From: Chthonomonadales bacterium
GTDB taxonomy: Bacteria; Armatimonadota; Chthonomonadetes; Chthonomonadales; Chthonomonadaceae
DNA: 12,911 nt
Direction of reading: 5' to 3'
Assembly (NCBI GenBank): GCA_038217285.1
Contig: JBBQPO010000180.1
Coordinates: forward strand, 1-12,911
Shown: positions 7,246 through 12,911 of the stretch, one piece after another
Position numbering within the stretch: position 1 is the first letter of the stretch
Layout: the number at the start of each line of letters is the position of its first letter
Notes under the pieces: generated by a model
What the model was told of the DNA's origin: nothing
What the model saw: only the letters and a program-made list of their open reading frames with translations
Databases searched by the model: none
Made by a program: the position numbers and the translations under genes

Positions 7246-8058
7246 ATGAAAACTCGAATCGGTCGTATTCGCATCGAAGTCGCAGCTCTTACGCTGCTGG
7301 CTCTCTCGTCGGTAAGCATCGTGGCCCACGCCCAGCAGCCCGGCGGACCGCCTCCCGGCGGCCCTGGCGGCGGTCGAGGCTTCGGGGGGCCCGGCGGGCC
7401 CCCCGGCGGACGCATTCAACCGGCGACGGCTCCGGTCGACGCTCTGGCTGCCGAACTCAAGCTGACCGCGACGCAGGTCGATAAGATCAAGGCGATTCAG
7501 GCGGCCTATCGTAAAGACCGCGACAGACTGATGCCGCCCCCCGGCAATCAGGGCGGCGCCCCCCCCAACCGTGAAGCGATGCAGGCGCTGGACAAGGCCA
7601 CGAGCGACAAGATCGTCGCCGTGCTGACCGACGACCAGAAAGCAGCGCTGCCCCGCGTCATCCAGATGCTGGACGCTTTTCAGAGCGCCGGAGTGCCGCC
7701 CCAGGTGATCGGTGACCTGAAACTGACGGACGACCAGAAGAATCAGGCTCTCCGCATCAACAAAGAGATGCAGCAGGCCATGCAGAAGGCGATGCAGGAC
7801 CAGGATCGCCAGGCCATGATGGACGCTCGCAAGAAGGCACACGACGAGATTCTGGCGCTGCTGACCGACGATCAAAAAGCGATCCTGGACAAGTTTGTCA
7901 AAGATCATCCGCGCCGAGGGCCGGGCGGTCCTGGTGGACCCGGTGGGCGTCGTGGGCCGGGCGGCCCCGGTGGCCCCGGCGATGGCAACGGTCCTCCTCC
8001 CGGCGATGGCAACGGTCCGCCCCCGCCTGACGGTTACGGCCCGCCGCCTGCCAATTAA
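7246..8058 (+). CDS. Secreted Spy/CpxP-like (LTXXQ) helical protein with duplicated domain and Gly/Pro-rich tails (270 aa)
   Basis: Signal peptide ending AHA|QQ; four motifs LTATQ, LTDDQ, LTDDQ, LTDDQ; Met/Gln-rich helices; GGPGG tracts at both ends; AAGGAG upstream. Confidence 0.75.
   Translation: MKTRIGRIRIEVAALTLLALSSVSIVAHAQQPGGPPPGGPGGGRGFGGPGGPPGGRIQPATAPVDALAAELKLTATQVDKIKAIQAAYRKDRDRLMPPPGNQGGAPPNREAMQALDKATSDKIVAVLTDDQKAALPRVIQMLDAFQSAGVPPQVIGDLKLTDDQKNQALRINKEMQQAMQKAMQDQDRQAMMDARKKAHDEILALLTDDQKAILDKFVKDHPRRGPGGPGGPGGRRGPGGPGGPGDGNGPPPGDGNGPPPPDGYGPPPAN
7975..8018 (+). repeat. Intragenic 24-nt-period duplication encoding PGDGNGPP
   Basis: CCCGGCGATGGCAACGGTCC exact at 7975-7994 and 7999-8018; a degenerate third unit (PDGYGPPP) follows. 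Confidence 0.85.
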
Positions 8059-8075
8059 GGCTTCCCTGTCGGCCC

Positions 8076-8109
8076 GCCCCTCTCCCAATTTCGGGAGAGG
8101 GGCTTTTTT
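8076..8109 (+). terminator. Rho-independent terminator after the Spy-like gene
   Basis: GCCCCTCTCCC-AATTTC-GGGAGAGGGGC (11-bp perfect stem) plus TTTTTT. Confidence 0.88.
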
Positions 8110-8172
8110 GATGCCCGTAAACGAGTGCTTCCATCCTGCCGAATTACGGCACATGGCAGACCGGAAATACGC

Positions 8173-8178
8173 TATAAT
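8173..8178 (+). promoter_or_regulatory. Putative -10 element for recQ
   Basis: Perfect TATAAT in GC-rich DNA between the terminator and the recQ start; no good -35. Confidence 0.45.
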
Positions 8179-8235
8179 ACAGTAGACAGGCGTTAGGCAT
8201 CTCCGACCGGAGAGCAGGGAGTGGAAAGAGCAGCT

Positions 8236-10188
8236 ATGGCAGAGATCAATCCGCAGCGATTACTGGAAGAACGGTTCGGGCTGACGACATTTCGCCCTGG
8301 ACAGAAGGCGGTGATGAGCGCCCTGTGGCGCAAAAAGGCCGCGCTCGCTGTTTTTCCGACCGGCGGCGGCAAGTCCCTCTGCTATCAGTTGCCGGCGCTG
8401 GCTTTCGAGGGTGTTACGGTGGTCGTCTCTCCGCTCATCGCCCTGATGAAAGATCAGATCGATTTCTTACAGGCGCGGGGCATCCCGGCGGCGCGGATCG
8501 ACTCCTCCCTGGGGGCGCAGGAGGCGCGTAAGGTGATGGACGACGTCGCGGCAGGCACGATCCAACTGCTCTACGTCGCTCCCGAGCGGTTCAACAACGA
8601 GCGGTTTCTGGCGGCGATGAGCCGCGTCAAGATCGCCCTGTTCGCGGTGGACGAGGCGCACTGCATTTCGGAGTGGGGCCACAACTTTCGGCCCGACTAT
8701 CTGAAACTGGCGGACACGGCGCGGGAGCTCGGCGTCGAGAGAGTGCTGGCCCTGACCGCGACCGCGACCCCTTCGGTCGTCCAGGACATCTGCACGGCCT
8801 TCGGCATCCCGCCAGACTGTGCCGTCGTGACGGGCTTCTATCGGGACAACCTGAATCTGACGCTGACGCCGGTGCGCGCCGACGAGCGCGACGCGCTGCT
8901 GTTGAAGCGGCTCCAGACCCGCAAACCAGGCCCTGGCATCGTCTACGTCACGCTGCAGAAGACGGCAGAGCGGATCGCGGCCCAACTGCAGGCGGCAGGG
9001 GTGCAGGCGAAAGCGTATCATGCGGGCATGGAGACGCCGGAGCGCACCGCCGTGCAGGAGTGGTGGATGGGGTCGGACTGCGCCGTCGTGGTGGCAACGA
9101 TCGCCTTTGGCATGGGCATCGACAAAGCGAATGTGCGCTACGTCTACCACTACAATCTGCCCAAGGGCCTGGAGAGCTATAGCCAGGAGATCGGGCGCGC
9201 GGGGCGCGACGGGGAACGCTCCACAGTGGAGATGCTCGCCTGTCCTGACGACGTGCCGACCCTGGAAAACTTCGCCTTCGGCGACACGCCGACCGACTCC
9301 GCCCTCCGAAGCCTGCTGACGGAGCTGCTGACAGCGCCCTCGGACAGTGCGGAGGAGAGCAGCCCGGAACTCCACGTCAGCCAGTACGATCTGTCCAACC
9401 GCCACGACCTGCGTCCGCTGGTGCTGAAAACGGTCCTGACCTATCTGGAGCTCATGGGGGTTTTGCGGCAGGGAACGCCGTTCTATGCGGGGTATGAGTT
9501 ACGCCCCTTGCGCCCGGTGCCGGAGATCATCGCCTGTTTTGCCGGGGAGCCGATGCGGCTGGTCGAGTCGATCTTCGCGCAGGCGAAGCGCGGACGCATC
9601 TGGTACGGGATGAACCCTTCGCAGGTGGCCGAAACCCTGGGGCAGGAGCGGCGGCGAGTCGTGCGCGCGGTCGAGGTGCTGGAGGAGCGCGGTCTGGTAG
9701 AGCTGCGGGCATCGGATATTCGGCAACGCTACACCCGGCTGCAACCCGAGGCCGACATCGAGGCCCTCATTGCCGCGCTGATGGAGCGGTTTCTGCACCG
9801 GGAAGGGCAGGAGATCGCCCGCATCGGGCAGGTGCTGGAACTGGTGGAGCACGACGGCTGCCAGACCAACGCGCTGGTCGGCTACTTCGGTGAAAACCGC
9901 CCGTCTCCCTGCGGACACTGTACCTTCTGCGTCACTGGCAAACCGCAACGCCTGCCCGCGCGGGAGACGCATCCGCCGCTGCCCGCCGGATGGGATGCCG
10001 ACGCCTTCGCCCAACTCCGCGCGGCGCACCCGGATGCCCTCGGCGAAGCCCGCCAGTCCGCCCGATTTCTCTGCGGCCTCACCAGTCCCGCCCTGACACG
10101 CGCCAAACTCTCCCGTCATCCTCTTTTCGGCTCTCTGGAGACTCGGCGCTTTCAAGAAGTCCTCGACTTCCTGGCGCTCTCGCCCTGA
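8236..10188 (+). CDS. recQ: RecQ-family ATP-dependent DNA helicase lacking HRDC (about 650 aa; alternative GTG start at 8221)
   Basis: PTGGGKS, VDEAHCISEWGHNFRPDY, ALTATAT, ATIAFGMGIDK, QEIGRAGRDG and Zn ligands C..YFGE..CGHCTFC. Confidence 0.93.
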   Translation: MAEINPQRLLEERFGLTTFRPGQKAVMSALWRKKAALAVFPTGGGKSLCYQLPALAFEGVTVVVSPLIALMKDQIDFLQARGIPAARIDSSLGAQEARKVMDDVAAGTIQLLYVAPERFNNERFLAAMSRVKIALFAVDEAHCISEWGHNFRPDYLKLADTARELGVERVLALTATATPSVVQDICTAFGIPPDCAVVTGFYRDNLNLTLTPVRADERDALLLKRLQTRKPGPGIVYVTLQKTAERIAAQLQAAGVQAKAYHAGMETPERTAVQEWWMGSDCAVVVATIAFGMGIDKANVRYVYHYNLPKGLESYSQEIGRAGRDGERSTVEMLACPDDVPTLENFAFGDTPTDSALRSLLTELLTAPSDSAEESSPELHVSQYDLSNRHDLRPLVLKTVLTYLELMGVLRQGTPFYAGYELRPLRPVPEIIACFAGEPMRLVESIFAQAKRGRIWYGMNPSQVAETLGQERRRVVRAVEVLEERGLVELRASDIRQRYTRLQPEADIEALIAALMERFLHREGQEIARIGQVLELVEHDGCQTNALVGYFGENRPSPCGHCTFCVTGKPQRLPARETHPPLPAGWDADAFAQLRAAHPDALGEARQSARFLCGLTSPALTRAKLSRHPLFGSLETRRFQEVLDFLALSP

Positions 10189-10236
10189 AAACGACCCCTC
10201 CGCGAACCTGTCCCCCGTCTCCCTTCCTTAAGACCG

Positions 10237-10426
10237 CCGCCCCTAAAGGAGCGGCCTGTTGGGGAAGATTAAGGCCCATGAATGGGCCTGGGATGGTTGA
10301 AAGGGAGAGCAAATCTCTCCACCAGGGATGGCTGACACGCTGTTTCCTTGCGCCATCGTCCCTGCTTAAGTCTGACCTAGCCCCCTGTAGGAGGCTTACC
10401 GCCTCAGACCGCCCCTTGAGGGGCGG
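10237..10426. repeat. Composite palindromic element (REP/REPIN- or MITE-like) between convergent genes
   Basis: 10237-10258 CCGCCCCTAAAGGAGCGGCCTG matches the reverse complement of 10405-10426 at 19/22 positions. Each end is itself a hairpin and has a second 8-bp hairpin on its inner side (10272-10289, 10379-10396). Confidence 0.65.
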
Positions 10427-10470
10427 GGCGTAAAGCGCGCAGGAACGTGCGGATCGTCCAGGTATGGCCT

Positions 10471-11013
10471 TCAGTTCACCTGAAAGGTCGTCGAGACGCA
10501 GGGCATGGAGAGGGGCGGCGTAGTGGTCTTGGAGACGCCTTTCAAGGTAGCGACGACCGTGTAGGCGCCGGGAGTGAGGGCGACCATGGCATCGCTGCCC
10601 GGACGGTAGGTTTCGGTGAACACCAGTGATTTACCGGGTTCCAGTTTGGCGGCGCTGAGCGCCATCGTAAACATCATCCCCTTTGCCCACTGCCAGACTT
10701 TGTCGCCTTTGGCGTCTTTGCCGCGAAACAGCTCGAAATCGTAACGCTGCCCGCTGTTAAAACGCAGCACCATCTCCTCGTGCGTGGTATTTTTCGCGGT
10801 CAGGGTGAAACGGATGTTGCTGTCGGCATGATAAACGTGCTGATCGGTCTTCAGGGAGAGCGCTAGCGGGGCGACCGGAGTTGCGGCAGTCTTTTTTTTC
10901 GGCACGGCTTTCCTCTGCGCCTGCGTCGGGGGCGCGCCGAGCATTTGCATGGCGATCAGGGCGCTTGCGAGCAGCAGTCCGGCGCGCATGAGCTTTGTTC
11001 GGTCGGATGGCAT
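10471..11013 (-). CDS. Exported BsuPI-related (proteinase-inhibitor-like, Ig-like) domain protein (start 11013 or 11016)
   Basis: LRFNSGQRYDFEL...VWQWAKGMMFTMAL...LEPGKSLVF matches the recalled BsuPI signature; signal peptide ending TQA|Q; GGAG 6 nt upstream of ATG 11013. Confidence 0.8.
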   Translation of the reverse strand: MPSDRTKLMRAGLLLASALIAMQMLGAPPTQAQRKAVPKKKTAATPVAPLALSLKTDQHVYHADSNIRFTLTAKNTTHEEMVLRFNSGQRYDFELFRGKDAKGDKVWQWAKGMMFTMALSAAKLEPGKSLVFTETYRPGSDAMVALTPGAYTVVATLKGVSKTTTPPLSMPCVSTTFQVN

Positions 11014-11044
11014 CATCGTCTCCAGTGCTGCGAAAGAGTGGGCC

Positions 11045-11074
11045 GTTCCCTCCTCCATAGTCGGAGGAGGGAAC
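11045..11074. other. Perfect 12-bp intercistronic hairpin (weak terminator, stabiliser or REP-like)
   Basis: GTTCCCTCCTCC-ATAGTC-GGAGGAGGGAAC, 11 nt past the stop of the 11086-11526 gene; no adjacent U tract. Confidence 0.6.
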
Positions 11075-11085
11075 AGGACCGGGAG

Positions 11086-11526
11086 TTATTTGGGTATGCC
11101 GCCCGGCATGCTCTGGTAGATGCCGTCGATCTTCTGCTTCTCTTCCAGGCTCGGCTTATGGTGCGGGTCTACCGTCAGCGCCTTACGGTAGAGGGCGAGA
11201 GCCGCGCGATACTGCACGGGGCGGGAGAGCTTGTTGCTGGCGTTGTCTTCGCAGGTCTTGCCGTACTTGTAAGCCGCTTCCACGTAAGCCTTTTTCGCTT
11301 TGGCATCCTTCGGCGATTTTTTGAGGGCGGCGGTGGAGGCAGTAAACGCCTTCTCCAGGGGGGCCAGACTGGGATCGTCCTTGGGAGCCTGCTTCAGCGC
11401 GTCCTCGGTTGTCATCTTCTTGCCACTGGCGTAAGGGGCGCCGGGCGCGCCGCCCTGCGCCTGGACGCCGAGCGGGAGTACAAGCGCCAGTGCGACCGCC
11501 GCGAGGCCCAAAATACGAGTCTTCAT
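11086..11526 (-). CDS. Secreted basic helical protein with a TPR-like C-terminus (146 aa), function unknown
   Basis: Signal peptide ending VQA|Q; YRAALALYRKALTVDPHH is TPR-like; AAAGGA upstream. Confidence 0.75.
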   Translation of the reverse strand: MKTRILGLAAVALALVLPLGVQAQGGAPGAPYASGKKMTTEDALKQAPKDDPSLAPLEKAFTASTAALKKSPKDAKAKKAYVEAAYKYGKTCEDNASNKLSRPVQYRAALALYRKALTVDPHHKPSLEEKQKIDGIYQSMPGGIPK

Positions 11527-11705
11527 TGAGAGTGTCCTTTCGATATGCGTAGAATTTTAAGAGCGAGTTCCAGGGAACGGTAGCCGTCTCTCCGGCGTGA
11601 CACCGCGAGAGAAATCCGGCTGCAAAACGCGCGCTCACCCTGCGCGCCCGGAACGGTTTCTTCTTCAGAATACCTTGCAAAGGCCGAAAATCGTTCCGCA
11701 TGGCA

Positions 11706-11735
11706 TTGACCCCAACGGCGTTCTTCTGCTACAAT
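11706..11735 (+). promoter_or_regulatory. Sigma70-type promoter for the nucleotidyltransferase gene
   Basis: TTGACC (11706-11711), 18-nt spacer ending in TGc, TACAAT (11730-11735); same layout as the greA promoter. Confidence 0.7.
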
Positions 11736-11809
11736 TTCTGACAACCCAGAGGAATCGCCCCGTCGCTTCTTCCCCGCCCGTTTCTTAATGCCCCGCGTTC
11801 AGAGGTTTC

Positions 11810-12703
11810 ATGTCCCTGCCTGTCGCGTCTGCCAACGAAAAATCGCTACGCCGCGCCGTGCTGCCCGCCGCTGGGCTGGGCACGCGCCTGCGCCCGCTCA
11901 CGCAGGCCTTTCCGAAGGAGCTGCTGCCGGTCGGCCGCAAGCCCGTGCTGGCGCATATCGCGACGGAACTGCTGGGCGCAGGCATCACCGAGGCTCTGTT
12001 CATCATCTCCGAACGCAAGCCGCAGATACGCGGCTTTTTCGGCGAATCTTACGAAGATGATGTCACGGGAGGCGTCCTGCACTGTTCCTATACCGTACAG
12101 GAGCAGCAGCGCGGCCTCGGGGACGCCCTGCTCTACGCCGCCGACTGGACGGAGGGCGAACCGTTCGTGGTCGCCTTCGGGGACTGTCTGATCGATGCGC
12201 CCAATTCGTCCGCGCCCTTGCGCCGCTTGATGGCGGCGCATCAAAACGAAGGTTCGGACGCGACGGTTTTGACCGAACAGGTGGCGTGGGAGAAGGTGGT
12301 GCGTTACGGGGTGCTGGCGCCCGCAGAGCCGCAGCCCGACGTGCCGACTGAGCCGTTCGCCCTGGCCGATATCGTGGAGAAGCCCGCGCCGCAGGACGCG
12401 CCGAGCCGGAATGTGGTGGCGGCGCGCTGGATTCTCGCGCCCGCGATCTTCGACATTCTGCGCCGAACTCCGCTTGACGCGCGCGGCGAGCTGAACCTGA
12501 CGGACGCCGTGCGTACGCTCAAGCGGGAGGGCGGCCGCCTGTGGGCCGTCCCGTTACGATCCGGCGAGTTCCGGCGCGACATCGGCAATTTCGAAACCTT
12601 TTACGCGGCTTTTCTCCGCGCGGCGCTCACCGATCCCGAGTTCGGCGCATCGGCGCGGCGCGTTGCTCAGGAGGTTCTGGCCGCGAATTTACCGAGTGGA
12701 TAG
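11810..12703 (+). CDS. galU: Sugar-1-phosphate nucleotidyltransferase, GalU-like UTP--glucose-1-phosphate uridylyltransferase (297 aa)
   Basis: AVLPAAGLGTRLRPLTQAFPKELLPV, QEQQRGLGDA, FGD, RYGVL, IVEKP, GELNLTDA, RDIGN. Substrate specificity is inferred. Confidence 0.8.
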   Translation: MSLPVASANEKSLRRAVLPAAGLGTRLRPLTQAFPKELLPVGRKPVLAHIATELLGAGITEALFIISERKPQIRGFFGESYEDDVTGGVLHCSYTVQEQQRGLGDALLYAADWTEGEPFVVAFGDCLIDAPNSSAPLRRLMAAHQNEGSDATVLTEQVAWEKVVRYGVLAPAEPQPDVPTEPFALADIVEKPAPQDAPSRNVVAARWILAPAIFDILRRTPLDARGELNLTDAVRTLKREGGRLWAVPLRSGEFRRDIGNFETFYAAFLRAALTDPEFGASARRVAQEVLAANLPSG

Positions 12704-12735
12704 GCCCCGCTCAGCGTTTCAGGGCTTCGATTGGG

Positions 12736-12741
12736 TATAAT
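12736..12741 (+). promoter_or_regulatory. Putative -10 element for the downstream aminotransferase
   Basis: Perfect TATAAT in the intergenic gap; no good -35. Confidence 0.4.
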
Positions 12742-12822
12742 ACAGGCACGATTTGCACTGCACGACGCTGAATACAGCGCGGCGGAGACCGGGTGGGCAT
12801 TGCCCTGGATAGGGAGGCTGGC

Positions 12823-12911
12823 TTGAAAGTTCCTCTCGCAGATTTGCGAGCGCAGTATCACGAACTGAAAGAAGAGATCGACACGGCCATTCGCGACGTG
12901 ATCGAAAGCTC
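12823..12911 (+). CDS. N-terminus of a DegT/DnrJ/EryC1/StrS-family PLP-dependent sugar aminotransferase (runs off window)
   Basis: GGAGG (12813-12817), then TTG start: MKVPLADLRAQYHELKEEIDTAIRDVIES, typical of the family (VPxxDLxAQYxxxKxEIDxAI). Not in the ORF track. Confidence 0.85.
   Translation, partial: MKVPLADLRAQYHELKEEIDTAIRDVIES

Noticed and set aside
7915..8050. GC-rich tandem repeats as a possible CRISPR array or collagen-like region
   Set aside because: In-frame coding repeats without unique spacers or cas genes; the GGP runs are short.
10227..10370. CTTAAG at 10227-10232 and 10365-10370 as a target-site duplication
   Set aside because: They do not bracket the inverted-repeat element, which extends to 10426; a 6-mer match can be chance.
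10290..10380. Core of the palindromic element as a tRNA or known ncRNA
   Set aside because: No cloverleaf, TTC T-loop or CCA end, and no recognisable SRP, tmRNA, 6S or RNase P motif.
7246..11526. Two secreted proteins both start MKTRI
   Set aside because: Codons differ and this is a generic signal-peptide n-region; no further similarity.

Overview
GC-rich bacterial chromosomal window, mostly housekeeping with some accessory genes. A diderm such as Armatimonadota is plausible, but this is an impression only. Left to right: the right end of a probable IS701-like element; an orphan PAS/HisKA_2 histidine kinase and a DUF3187-like outer-membrane protein (both minus strand); an overlapping GNAT acetyltransferase plus ANKH/MATE-like transporter pair; and greA-lysS behind a sigma70-type promoter whose leader holds a terminator-like hairpin. 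Next come a decayed DUF2809-like gene remnant missed by the ORF track and a secreted tandem LTXXQ (Spy/CpxP-like) protein behind an 11-bp direct-repeat box. These are followed by an HRDC-less RecQ, a composite palindromic REP/REPIN-like element, two small secreted proteins (BsuPI-like, TPR-like), a GalU-like nucleotidyltransferase and the start of a DegT-family aminotransferase. No CRISPR array, rRNA or tRNA was seen. No single novel system is demonstrable. The best leads are the GNAT+ANKH-like pair, the tandem Spy-like gene with its operator, the greA leader hairpin and the palindromic element. All family calls are by eye or from recalled motifs; no searches were run.
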